Shown piece by piece: positions 48,889 through 60,807 of a DNA stretch of 64,000 nt. Where the stretch lies: positions 124,001-188,000 of the forward strand of contig CM030335.1 in assembly GCA_017654855.1 (NCBI GenBank). Reading direction: 5' to 3'. Position numbers and translations under genes: made by a program. Position 1 is the first letter of the stretch, and every line of letters begins with the position of its first letter. This stretch comes from Podospora anserina (Eukaryota). The notes under the pieces were generated by a model. That model ran no database searches. It was not told the DNA's origin and saw nothing but the letters and a program-made list of their open reading frames with translations.

Positions 48889-51486
48889 CTACGCCAGAAC
48901 GACTCTTTGTCGCTCCCAAGCAATGTTTTCCATCGCCATGTCTGAGTCGGCGGACCACACACCGATTCGCTCAAATATATTTGTGCCAACATCGTCCTTA
49001 CCCCTGATTACCAGCCCATAGCTCCGTACCTCGTCTTCAAAGAATACTTTGACCAAATGAATCACAAAGACTTCTTGTAGACCCTTTTCCATGTCATCCA
49101 ACTTCCAATCGGGAACCCATTTCAACACCTTGGCACTTTTAGTACTCGTGCCAGTCAGCCGAATTCCTTCTCCGTCCGCCAGACATCCCCTAGCAACCGG
49201 TCCACTGACGGTCAAGGTCCCGTTATCCACCAAACTCCTTGCCTCCGACACAAGCTTCCCATTCCGCCACACCTCCACATTTCCCACGCCTGTGCAAAAG
49301 ACAAGGTCATGCTCTTTGGAGTTGATCTTATCCAAGATCCCCCTCGGCAGAAACCCAATCCTACCACTGACCGACGCCCAAGACCAAGACGGCGCACAAT
49401 ACATCTCCTGCCTCTCCTCTATCTCCTTCACAACCCACAACAGCCCTAGAGCCAACAGCTCCGAGTCCCACAACCCAGCCAGATAACCCACCTTTCCTCT
49501 TTGCTGCACCAGCTCCGCCACTCCCGCCAACGCGACCAATCGATCTGTCTGCCTCGTCAGCTGCCCCTTGCTATAAACACTCACAATCTCATACCACCTC
49601 TTCCAAAACTCGACCTTCTCCCCGAACCTCTGCGTCTCCACCGGCCCCAACCTCTGCAGCACATCCAACGCCCCTCTTATCCCTCTCACCGCTCTCCTCT
49701 CCTGGGGAGTATGCCCCTCCCCATTGATGTTGTGCTGCCCCGTCAACGACCGAATCGCCTCGATCCAGTTGACCAACCTCCCATCCTGCACCATGTACGG
49801 CGTGCTGTCATATCCCACCCCGTTCACGTGCAGTTCGGACGCCTGGAGAGTGTTGCACTCAAACAGCACCACATCCTCGCAAAAGTGTATCACCCTCCTC
49901 GCCAGCAACCTCTCCTGGAAAGCCCACGCGCGGTTGGTGAGCGGCGATTGCTCCACCCTCCAGTAAAAGAGCGCTCTCAGCGGCGGCGGGTTGGAGACAA
50001 AGCACCTCCTTTCTTCGGAGGTCATGATGTTCTGCTCGACCCACGAGAGCGATCGGTCTCGGAAGCAGCCGCCGGTCGAATCGGACGATGCTGTCGCGGC
50101 GAGGACGCAGTGGGCGTGGGTGAAGACTTGGCCCATGGTGGGGGACTCGGCCGCCCAGTCGGCGGGGGAGTCTTGTATGATGCAGAGGGAGTCGATCCAG
50201 AGGTAGCAGATGCCTAGCCGGCGGGTGGTGGCGATGGCGTGGCGGAAGTTGAGGGGGAGGGTGTCCTCGGTGATGTAGTACTTCATGAACCTGTGCCTGG
50301 AGGTGGTGAGCTTGCAGGCGATGTTGCCGCCCCAGCAGTGGGAGAGGGCGACGTATTCGCCTGCGCCGTCCTTGAGGTCGATCAGGAAGTCCATGTCAGA
50401 TTTGGTGTCGATGAGGCGGAGTTTGGGATTCTTGACCGTGCCGACGGCGATGAGGCGGGTTGGTCGGAATGGAGGGGTGTTGTGGGGGAGCTGGCAGGCT
50501 TTATGGCTGGAACAGTCCTTCAGCCAGGTTGTGATGGTCTTGACCGTAGCATCTGAGCCGGTGAACCTGGGGATTTTCTGCTCGGCCGTTAAGAGTCCCT
50601 CTGACACTTGTAGACCCAGCTCCTTCTTGGCGCCACCCGCCTCGAGGGAGACGGCCAGGGCCGGCCCTTGTTCTGACCAAAGGGGGTTCCTGACAAACTC
50701 AAGCTTCAGCTTGACACCTCCCGCTTCGAGATCACGTTCCCCATAGCGAGTATTCACGGTACCGTAACCCCTGATGAGCATAGGTGCCCCCGTTTCCTCC
50801 TCATCTGCCAATCGCTGACTCAACAAAGCCTCACAGAGACTACACCCGCTATCCTCCATCTCCTGGATCCTGTCGCACAGCAGGTGACGCTCCTCTGCTC
50901 TCGTAAACATGGCCCATGTCCCAGACAAAAGGCCAGACTGACCGACAACCTCTTTGCACCTCTCGCAAAGTCTGACGTCCCCAAACCGATGCTTGCTCCG
51001 GAACCTGGGCCACCGAGTCACATATCTCCCCCCAGAAAGACGGTACACGATACTCGGAAAGTTGCGTATCGGTCGAAGCACAAAGTGGCACCCGAGCGAC
51101 CACGCAAACCCCAAGATGAAGTAAGCCATCACGCCATAGAAGACGGCCGCGAACGCGAACACCAAGATCATCGCCGGAGCCAGCGAAATGCATATGATGA
51201 ACTGCACCCTGGTATCGACATCCGCATGCGACAGTGCGGCGAAGATGACGGCGCCAATCAGGCTGGGAATGAAATAGATGACAAAAGCGGGTTCGTCGAA
51301 CGCGATGAGAATCGCCCAGATGATAAACTCGACGGCGAGAAAGCTTGACCCGATGTCCTCCTCCCCTGGCGTCGGAAAGTACCTCAAGTAGAGGTATGTG
51401 ACAAGTACGATGGGTAAACCGCCGAGGAATGTTTTGCCCATGTTCTTGGGCGGAGGGCGGCGCGTCCGGCCATATCGTCGTGGCAT
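48889..51486 (-). CDS. TOL-like HET-domain protein with an N-terminal multi-pass transmembrane region
   Basis: WLKDC..H..C, PTRLI, YVALSHCWG, LPLNFRHAI..TRRLGICYLWIDSLCIIQD..DW..ES..M, PLTNRAWAFQERLLARRVIHF, DRLVALAG, YLAGLW and APSWSWAS. The first 140 or so residues hold 4-5 hydrophobic segments; one 865-aa ORF. Confidence 0.92.
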   Translation of the reverse strand: MPRRYGRTRRPPPKNMGKTFLGGLPIVLVTYLYLRYFPTPGEEDIGSSFLAVEFIIWAILIAFDEPAFVIYFIPSLIGAVIFAALSHADVDTRVQFIICISLAPAMILVFAFAAVFYGVMAYFILGFAWSLGCHFVLRPIRNFPSIVYRLSGGRYVTRWPRFRSKHRFGDVRLCERCKEVVGQSGLLSGTWAMFTRAEERHLLCDRIQEMEDSGCSLCEALLSQRLADEEETGAPMLIRGYGTVNTRYGERDLEAGGVKLKLEFVRNPLWSEQGPALAVSLEAGGAKKELGLQVSEGLLTAEQKIPRFTGSDATVKTITTWLKDCSSHKACQLPHNTPPFRPTRLIAVGTVKNPKLRLIDTKSDMDFLIDLKDGAGEYVALSHCWGGNIACKLTTSRHRFMKYYITEDTLPLNFRHAIATTRRLGICYLWIDSLCIIQDSPADWAAESPTMGQVFTHAHCVLAATASSDSTGGCFRDRSLSWVEQNIMTSEERRCFVSNPPPLRALFYWRVEQSPLTNRAWAFQERLLARRVIHFCEDVVLFECNTLQASELHVNGVGYDSTPYMVQDGRLVNWIEAIRSLTGQHNINGEGHTPQERRAVRGIRGALDVLQRLGPVETQRFGEKVEFWKRWYEIVSVYSKGQLTRQTDRLVALAGVAELVQQRGKVGYLAGLWDSELLALGLLWVVKEIEERQEMYCAPSWSWASVSGRIGFLPRGILDKINSKEHDLVFCTGVGNVEVWRNGKLVSEARSLVDNGTLTVSGPVARGCLADGEGIRLTGTSTKSAKVLKWVPDWKLDDMEKGLQEVFVIHLVKVFFEDEVRSYGLVIRGKDDVGTNIFERIGVWSADSDMAMENIAWERQRVVLA

Positions 51487-52456
51487 GTTGGCGGCTCACA
51501 GTATTGTGGAAGCTAGTAGTGCAACACCATGGCTTCCGCTTGATCGTGTTGTTCGTTTGACGTGTGTCTACGCTTAGTATATCAACGAGACCCTTGATGC
51601 GAAGGAGGTGGCGTTTTGCGGCTGAGTTGGATGTTAACCCCCAGACTAGCCCAAAAGGGAAGCATTGCGACATATTATCGGTTTCGATTTACTCCAATCA
51701 CAGAGTTCCTGCGCTGTTGTGCCTTGTGAAACCCAGAAGCATGGGGCTCGAACTCACAGTAAAACCTGAAACTTGGAAATTCCAGCTTGGAGAGCCAATT
51801 ATCTCAGTTTATAGTGGTCCTGGCCACCCAACCTCCCAGCTTTCTTCGTCTTTCCGACCTATACCCCTAACCGTACATTATAAGCAGTTACGTTACTGCT
51901 ACTTACCTATTACTGTCCCAACGCCAACCCCAAGATGTCCAAAACGTTCGGCTCGCTCTCAATCGCAACAGGATTTGTAGGAATACACCCATCGGTCATT
52001 CAGTTCCCAATCAGACCGTCAAGAATATCCCTCCCGTCAGTCAGTGACCCTGCCCCCAATGTGATGATCAAATCGGGAGAGAGGCGGTGCAGGTCAGAGG
52101 TGACCTCTAGGATGCCAGGCCAGCGGACGTGTTGGCGTATGCCGATGATATGTCTTGGCCTAGGGCGTCGATGAGGCTGATGGCGATGGGGCGGCGAAGG
52201 TGTTGCTTGTATGGTGGAAGTTGTGTGGGTGTTTTGTTGGTCTGGTTTTGAGGTCCAAGTGTCACCGGTCATGGATGATGATAGGTAAAGTCTTTATTTC
52301 CTGTTTAATTCTCCCACCGCGGGCGCGCCCCCCCCCACAAGTCAACCCCGCTTGCCCTGAACACTTAGGAAGATAGGTAGTGAATTTGCTGGCATTGTCA
52401 TTTTCATCTTGTGCCTAGAAGTCTTCACGACAGCCATCGACTTCCTCCAAAACCTT

Positions 52457-52825
52457 TTATTCGGCCGTCAAGTTATTAATTCGTTTCCCATCCTCGGCCT
52501 GCCTCTCCCTCACCTCTTCTGTCGACGATGAGCCCTGATTATCCTGGGATTCCCGCGGCTGCACTTCTTGCCGGCTGGAAGATCGTGACCGTAAGCGCAT
52601 CTGGTTCAGAACATCCACCTCGGACAGGATCCCAGTGTGGGGGCTGTCCCACTGGTGATGATGACGGCGGTGATGGTGGTCAGTCGCACTGGCGCCTTCT
52701 TGTTGCTGCTGAGCATGATTTGGGGAAGGAGTAGTGGATTTCGACTGGGACTGTTGCGATTGGACCTGGGTGGTGAGTTCGGCCTCGGCCACTTGATCGG
52801 CCTGGGCTGAGCGGCGGGCTAACAT
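52457..52825 (-). CDS. Small hydrophilic hypothetical protein (Q/S/H-rich)
   Basis: ATG in good context (ACAATG) at 52825 starting MLARRSAQ; about 122 aa of low complexity; no family recognised. Confidence 0.4.
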   Translation of the reverse strand: MLARRSAQADQVAEAELTTQVQSQQSQSKSTTPSPNHAQQQQEGASATDHHHRRHHHQWDSPHTGILSEVDVLNQMRLRSRSSSRQEVQPRESQDNQGSSSTEEVRERQAEDGKRINNLTAE

Positions 52826-53941
52826 TGTGATGGTTTTTGTTTTTTGGCGAACTGATATTTCAAGGCTGATTCTTGTGAAGTTTATCAAGGAAATATCCGT
52901 GATTAATGACTGCTGTTTGGGAAATATTTGCCCTGGGAGATTTCTTATCTTTGCGGACTCGGAGTAGTGTTGCGAAAAGGTTTGAGTTTTTGATGGCAAA
53001 AAGACTTGGTATGACATCACCGAGCTTATTCACTCAGGATGAAGGGATGCTCCACTTATTGCCATTTTGTGACTGCCGTAGATATGGGCTTGGACGATCG
53101 CGACAAGAAGTTTGAAATGATTGGCAATGGTCACTTGAGGGACGACGTTTTGCACAGATAGAAGTCTGTTAACTTCGTTGATGATGTTGTCGTGCTTGGC
53201 ACTCTTGGCTGTGGTGTATGTTTTCCAGGTTCACGATGGTTGCAGCAGTTCAATCTTGCCTTTGCTTTACTTGCAGACTTGGGCTGTGCTATTGAGGTAC
53301 AGTGGTTGAATGATTATGCAATTTCCAGAAACTGAAAGGTGGCATAAGATGTTCGTTTGGGGCCATGTCTACCGCTTACTTGGGTCAATGATGATAGTAC
53401 CTAGGTGGGAATATAAACTTAAGCTAGAAGGCCTTACACAAGATAATGACCGATCTAACGAACCTACCCAGGGAAATGACGCTCTCGCACTTTCTTGTAT
53501 AGATATGGATTTCTTCACATGATACCTTAGGTAGTCCTATGTTGTCTAAGCCCAGTACAAATCATCTCCGTTGTTGGAGTTCAACATAGATATGTCCCTT
53601 TACCCACCGCGATATCCTGCCCTCGACCTCTTTTTCCAGTTTGATAATAAAACAGTATGTCAGGTGTCAGCATCGACACTTATGCCATATGTGATATATC
53701 CACTCACTGCCTTCATACACAATCCTCCATGCCAAGCCCACATACCCTGCAATGGCGCAAGGGCCCATCCTATCAGGCAGATAAGCGAATTTGTAAGCAC
53801 ACACGCACTCCATAGGTCTCTTGACCATGTCAGAACACCAACCGTCCACGCATATTTTCACATCCATACCTGTTCTCGACATCCTTCCACACTTAACACG
53901 CCTCATGATAGCAGGATTTATTGAATATCAGAGACAGCACC

Positions 53942-56203
53942 ATGGAGACGGTCTCCCAACTGAGCCGCAGAAAGGGTACGCAATTTTCCTCCTCGTTATC
54001 TGTGACCCCTGAAGTGGAACAATCGACTAAGATGGCTTCATAGCCTGCGACCTCTGCTTCGTCAAAAAGATCAAATGCGACATGATTAAACCTCAGTGCT
54101 CCAACTGCAAGCAATACAACACCGAGTGCAAAACAACAGCAGTGCGTCGTCGGATTGGCCGGCCGAAAGTGGCGAGGCACGACACCAATGCCAGCGCAGA
54201 GACAGACTCACCCGATGAGCACGAAGCAGCTGCGTCAAAGGTGGACAGGTGAGCTTCTTGGTGATTGATTGAGGAAGGCCACAAGCAATGCTGATGCCAC
54301 GCAGCGAGCATAGCGCTAAAATCCAGGGCCTGGAGTCACGTCTCGCCCGCATTGAGGAGCAGCTACAACAAGTCCTCAGTGTTGCCTCGGCCGCCCTAGC
54401 CAGCGCAAATCGAATTCCCGAGTCGAGGGTTATAACCATGTCCAGCGGCGAGGAGAGCGACTTCGACAACGCCATCAGGGTACGCAACACCCTTCTTATG
54501 CCCGGCTCGTCAACCGATACATCTGGCCCCAGTGCAGGCTCGACCACAACCTCCAGCCCAAGCGAATCCGTCATCCGCGCCTCCTCACCTAACCTGCCCC
54601 CACTAGAAGAAATTCTCCCCATCATCAACACGTACTTTTCCCAGATCAACCACGCCATCCCGTTGTTCAGCCAAGCTGAATTCATGCGCATGTTACATGA
54701 CTGGTACACCCATCCCGCCCGCAGGACTTGGGCGGCATGGGCGGCTGTCAACATTGTGTTGGCTCTTGGGTCATGGATCCCCACTACGCCGATCCAAGAT
54801 ATGAACTTTGCCGAGGCAGAGACGGCTTTCAAGGGATACATGAACAACGCCCAATCCGTCCTTGCCGAGCTGGTTACGCGCGAGCAAGATCTGTTGGGCC
54901 TTCAGACGTTGCTTGGACTCGTGATCCTCTACCAGACCATGGCAAACTCCAAGCAAGGAGCTGTACTGATAGGTGCTGCTGTTCGGCTAGTTCATCGGTT
55001 GCAGATGCAAAGTAGGAACAACATCGAGGTGTCGTACCCGCAAGAGCAAGGACTGCACAGGTGTCGTTTGTTTTGGATTGCCTACATGCTTGACAAGGAG
55101 ATCTCGTTGAAGCATCACACGCCGTCGATACAATTGGATGCTGATATCGACCAGAACCTTCCGTCAAGCGATCCGGCAGACGGGGTGGGCGACATATACA
55201 CGGGCGACGGTCTAGTGCGGGTGAATTACTTCCGTCTGCGCGTTCGCTTGGCGCATATTCAAGGCCGAACATATGACATGCTGTACTCCACGCGGAGCAG
55301 CAAGATATCCATGGCCGGGAGACAAGCGCGCGTGATCAGACTGACATATATGCTGGAAAACTGGAGGTCAAACATCCCGGCCGAGATGCTACCTGATGCC
55401 ATCAACAGTCGCCTGGGTCGGATGGAACGCATCCTGATGTCTGCGCTATATGGGTCATTTGTTGGTTGTATGGTCATGGTACATGGAATCTGGAGCCAGC
55501 AGGCTGCTTGGATGAAGATCATCTCGGACCGCAGCCTGATGGCGCTGCAGATGGGCAGGACCGACGAACGGAAGTCCTGCATTAACCAACAGCCCCCGCT
55601 GCCGTCGGCTTGGAAGAGATGTGTCCAGCTCAGCAGGGAATTTTCTCGAGCCCTGATGCAATTGCCCGAGAGTGATGTTAATATCTGGTAAGTGCCGCGG
55701 TACTTATGAGGATCATTCCAGCTGACCAGATCATCAGGGCCAATTTGGCGGCATTGCTGTCGTGCCTGGTCATTATCTTGACCAACATGTTCCAGTCCCC
55801 CGGACACGAGGACTTGGAAGAAGACAGGCAGATCACCCAATGGCTGGTTCGGATGTTGAACAAAGTAAAAGACTTGTCTGTCACGGTGCCGCTCACCCAA
55901 ATGCACGTTGTCGTTGCCGATCTAGAGCGGCGTGCTGAGGCGGCAGTCGCAACGGCTCAGATGAAGCGACAGGCGCTTCAGGAACGACTGCTCATGATGT
56001 CTGGCCAAGCGAGTTGGGGTCAGGAAATCGCCCAGCCTGAGCATGGCGATGATGAGAATGTCGAGCAACCATTGTTTTGGGATACCGAAGCAGTCGACTT
56101 TGGGGCGCTGGATATGAGCAATGGTCTGGGGGGGCAGACGATTGTCGACTGGCTAGATGGCCAATATCCACAGGGGATGGATCTGGGAGAGGCCATTTCC
56201 TAA
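53942..56203 (+). CDS. Zn2Cys6 transcription factor with Fungal_trans domain
   Basis: METVSQLSRRK, intron, ACDLCFVKKIKCDMIKPQCSNCKQYNTEC; GLESRLARIEEQL; YFSQINHAIPLF; RCRLFWIAYMLDKEISL. Introns about 53976-54043, 54250-54304 and 55688-55737. Confidence 0.9.
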
Positions 56204-56601
56204 ACGTGTTAATGAATGATTGACATGAAATTGCAACTGGACCTGTCCCTAAGATCGATGGCCTGTCTTGGCAAAGGGACGGCTCGCAGTGTCCACAGCC
56301 AAATCCCGGATCCACAATGACGACACCTCTTGTCGAACTTCATCCAATCAGAGTTCATAGATAACCTTATCAATTCTTGATTGACCAATGGGAGAGCTCC
56401 CGAATGCTGCTTACTGCCCCTCTTTGCCCCCCCCCCCCACCAAGATGCCCCCCCTCGAGCTGTCCGCAGCAGCTGCATGACAACGGGCCATTCCCCTCAC
56501 CTCCCACGCCTCCATCCCATATTCGTCTTCGTGCCATTGACGTGCTTCATCTTCTCTCCTGCGCCTGTCCCGCCTGATACCCTGCTTATAAATCACCCTT
56601 G

Positions 56602-58425
56602 ATGAGAGTTCTGTCGCGCCTTGTTCGCAATCGCAACACCCAAATAACAGCATCGGGATTGCCCCTCCACGTCCGACCGTTTGTTCCACGATTCTTTGCA
56701 ACATCCATAACGACCAGAATGGCTCAGGAATATAAGCTCAAGGGCGTCACGTCCCTGGATCTCAAGCCAGGTGACAAGCAAGAAGTGGAGGTCGAGGGTC
56801 TCGATGCCAAGGTTCTCCTCTTGAACGCCGGAGGTGTCGTCCAAGCCACCGGTCCCAGGTGTACCCACTACGGAGCACCTCTTGTCAAGGGTGTGCTGGG
56901 AACAGATGGCAAGCTCACTTGCCCGTGGCACGGTGGTACGCGTCTTCCCTGCTTGACATGCTCCCATGTCGTGCTGTGCTCTTACTGATCACTGTTCTTC
57001 CCAGCCTGCTTCAACGGAAAGACCGGCGACGTCGAAGATGCCCCCGCCCTCGATGCCCTTCCCATCTTCAAGGCTACCGAGAGAGACGGCGCTGTTTACA
57101 TCACCGGCGAGGCCGCTACCATCAAAGCCGGCCACCGCAAGCCCAAGTTCAAGTGCAAGGCCACGGGAGGCGACAAGGTCGTTATTGTTGGAGGTGGATC
57201 TGGAACTCTTGGGGCTGTAGAAGGCCTTCGCGAGACGGGGTATACCGGCCCCATCACAGTCATTAGCAACGAAGGCTACCTGCCCATTGACAGACCAAAG
57301 CTCAGCAAGGCTTTGTTGACCGACCTGAACAAGCTCCAGTGGAGAGACGCCGAGTGGTACAAGGAGGGCGATGTGGATATTGTCCAGGACGAGGTGGCTG
57401 GCGTGGACTTTGCCACCAAAACGGTGTCGACCAAATCTGGCGGCAAGTTTGCCTACAGCAAGCTTATTCTCGCGACGGGCGCCACGCCAAGAGTTCTTCC
57501 TCTCCAAGGCTTCAAGGTGTTGGGCAACATCTTCACCCTCAGAAACGTCCGCGATGCCGAGAACATCAACAGGGCCATTGGGGAGAAGGGCAAGAAGATT
57601 GTTATCGTCGGGTCCTCCTTCATCGGCATGGAGTTGGCTGTGGCCACTTCCAAGGACAATGATGTGACTGTGGTGGGAATGGAACAGGTTCCACTTCAGC
57701 GGGTTCTCGGTGAGAAGGTTGGTGGTGCCATCCAAAAGCTGGTGGAAAGCAAGGGCGTCAAGTTTTACATGTCGGCTGGCGTTGAGAAGGCCGAGCCCTC
57801 GGGCTCTGACCCGTCCGTGGTCGGGTCAGTTCACCTGAAGGATGGCACCAAGCTTGACGCTGATCTCGTTATTCTGGGTGTTGGCGTTGTTCCGGCGACT
57901 GAGTACCTCAAAGATAACAGCGTTGTCAGGTTGGAGGAGGATGGCAGCCTCAAGGTCGATGAGTCGTTCTCTGTGGTGGGTCTCAAGGACGTGTATGCTA
58001 TTGGAGACATCGCCTCGTTCCCCTACCACGGACCTGCTGGTGACGGCAAATACGTACGCATCGAGCACTGGAACGTTGCCCAGCAAGCCGGACGCATTGC
58101 GGCTGGACACATCACCAACCCGGCGCGCGCCAACCTCAAGTCGCAGCCATTCGCCCCCATCTTTTGGAGTGCCCTGGGTGCCCAGATGCGCTATTCCGGC
58201 AACACACAGGCCAGCGGGTTTGATGATGTGGTTGTTCAGGGCAGCTTTGACGAGGGCAAGTGGGTGGCTTACTACACCAAGGGGGAGACTGTCGTGGCCA
58301 TGGCCAGCATGGGCAAGGACCCAGTTATGGCTCAGTTTGCGCAGCTGCTGCCGCTGGGCAAGCTGCCGAGCAAGTCCGAGTTGCAAAATGGGCTCGACTT
58401 GCTGAGTCTCGGTCCACCGAATTAG
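56602..58425 (+). CDS. AIF-like protein: Rieske [2Fe-2S] domain fused to an FAD/NAD pyridine nucleotide-disulfide oxidoreductase
   Basis: Rieske CTHYGAPL...TCPWHG/ACF across intron 56936-57004; VIVGGGSG, PIDRPKLSK, LILATG, IVGSSFIGME, VYAIGDIA, RIEHWNVA and PIFWSA. Alternative ATG at 56719. Confidence 0.92.
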
Positions 58426-58827
58426 GATTGTGTTAACACAGGCTCTCTCAAGTTTCGGGGGGGTTGTTATCCGTGGCTTAAGGATGAGTGTATGACCTGA
58501 ACACTGGGCATTTTGAATTGTTTGTTTGATGGAGGGTTCAAGTTGAACTAGAAATATATGATCAATATCAAGAGGCCAATAATGCCAGCCACCTCGTTGA
58601 GATGATCCAAGATGATGGTACTAGTTGTTCAAAGCAACCAACCCTAACCCTATTTGTTCAGAGGAAAAACTGTGACGTTGCTTCAGCTTGTCACAGAAAA
58701 TGCGTGGCCGAGTCAACGTAGACCTGCGACAACACAACGGCCATGTTCCGCGACGATGCATTTTTCCGACGCTCTCTTTGCTTCAACCCCACTCTTTTGA
58801 TGTTTTTTTTTTTTGAATCTGTTATTA

Positions 58828-60670
58828 ATGAGCACAATTTTCACCGCTACCGCCCAGCTCCTGGGGTGGTCGCTCTGTTTTGTCTTGACCACCATCGCCA
58901 CGCTCGCCTTCTACAGGGTGTATCTGCATCCTTTGGCGGGGATACCAGGGCCGAAGCTCGCGGCGGTGTCGAATGTTTGGTTGGCAAGGTGGGTGGTTAA
59001 GGGACGGGTGAGGGAGCTGACCAAGTGGTTGCATCAGACATATGGGCCTGTCGTGAGGGTTGGGCCGGGGGAGGTGTGGGTTTGTGGGGTGGGGGGGTTC
59101 AAAGAGATTTATGGTAGGTACTGGGTACTCATCTGTTGGGGTTTGGTGATTGGGATGCTGATTTGGGGGGGTACCTACCTAATAAGGGGTCACGAGTGGG
59201 TTTGGGAAGGGGGAGTTTTATGGTGAGCTTTGAACCGACCAGAGATGGACCTTGCTTTGGTTGGAGGAGAGAAAGAGACTGATGGGAGAAGCAGTGGCGA
59301 CGGCGTTGAATAAACCGGCTTCGGTAAACCAGTGGAACTTGGGGCTTGTGTGGCCGGATACGTTGGATTTGCTGTCGGAGTTTGACGGGAAGAGGTATCG
59401 GTTGCAGAGGAGGTTGATCGGGCCGGTGTATACTGCCAGTAATGTTAAAAGGTTTGAGAGGGCGGTTGATGGGGTTGTTGCTGCTGCTGTTGCGAGGCTG
59501 AAGGTCATCGAAGGCTGTGGAGGGGGCGCGGGAACGGTTGACTTGAAGGAGTGGATGCATATCATTGCTGTTGAGTGCTTGGGGGCGGTGGTGCTGGGGT
59601 GGTCGCCAGGGTATATCAAGAGTGGGAGTGATGGGGGGACGAGTAAGCAGAGCTATATGGGATGGAAAAGGAAGAGCCTTTTTGGGTTGTTTCCTGCTGT
59701 GACAAAGGTGTCGCTGTTGGACTCTGGGATGGGGAAAAGGGTTGGGAAGTGGTTAGGGAGGTTTTGGGCGGATGCTTGGGGAGTTACCTTTGCGACGCCG
59801 AAGGGGTTCAAACCTTTCTTCACGGTATGTGTGTGATGGTGGTCTGTCAACGATTGAGCTGACAGAGAGTAGCCGGTGTATCAAAAGGTGTCGAAACGAA
59901 TCACCGCGGCTCTGGCCCCTTCACAAAGCGCAAAAGCTAAAGGGAAGAAAAACAAATCACCGGAAGTGAAAGAGGACCTGCTCACCGACTTGATACAGCT
60001 TCACCTCTCCCGGCCTGACGAATTTACTGACAACTACCTCCGGCGGATGGCAGTCACGAATTTCGGCGCGGGACACGAGACGTTGTGCGCTACACTGACC
60101 TCGGTTCTTGCCATGATTGGCTCGCATGCTGAAGTCGGGGCACGATGTTTTGCAGAGATTAGCAGCTGTCTGCAGGGTGGGCCACACAAGAGACAATATG
60201 ATTTGGAAGATGTTACGAAACTGAGATACACCCAAGCCGCCATCAAGGAAGCGCAGAGGCTGTGGCCGGTGATAGGCATGAGCTTGTCCCGAACAGTTCC
60301 GGAGGATGGATGTGTAATAGGGGGGTATGCCATTCCAGCCGGCACAACTGTGGGCTGTAGTCCGCTTGGGCTACATGCGTTCAATGAAGATGTGTTTGGG
60401 GTGGATGGGTTAGAGTACAGACCAGAGAGGTGGCTGATTGATGACCTGGAAAGATTAAGAGCGATGGAGAGAAGCAACTTAATATGGGGTGGGGGAGGCA
60501 GGACGTGTCCAGGGAGGTATTTGGCTGAGATGATTGTCTTCAAAGTGGTCACTGCGCTGCTGGCGGAGTTTCAAGTCGAAGTTGTCGAGATGCCGGAAGG
60601 AAACATGGAGTGCTACTTTATGGCGATGATGTCTGGCGTGGTGGTAAGACTCAGAGAGAGGTCTCGATAA
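58828..60670 (+). CDS. Cytochrome P450 monooxygenase
   Basis: N-terminal TM, YLHPLAGIPGPKLAA, YGPVVRVGP, I-helix AGHET, ExxR (KEAQR), PERW and heme motif WGGGGRTCPG. About three short introns (near 59114, 59223 and 59825). Confidence 0.9.
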
Positions 60671-60807
60671 CACTTGGACAGCAGAATGAGAATATCGGAA
60701 ACAAAAGTCTTTCCCTACTTACATGAAGATATTTCGCCAACCTAAGTATTACTATCAGTCCAACAACGTCAAAAGACCAACCAGTCTTCACCAGTGTCTA
60801 CCACCTC

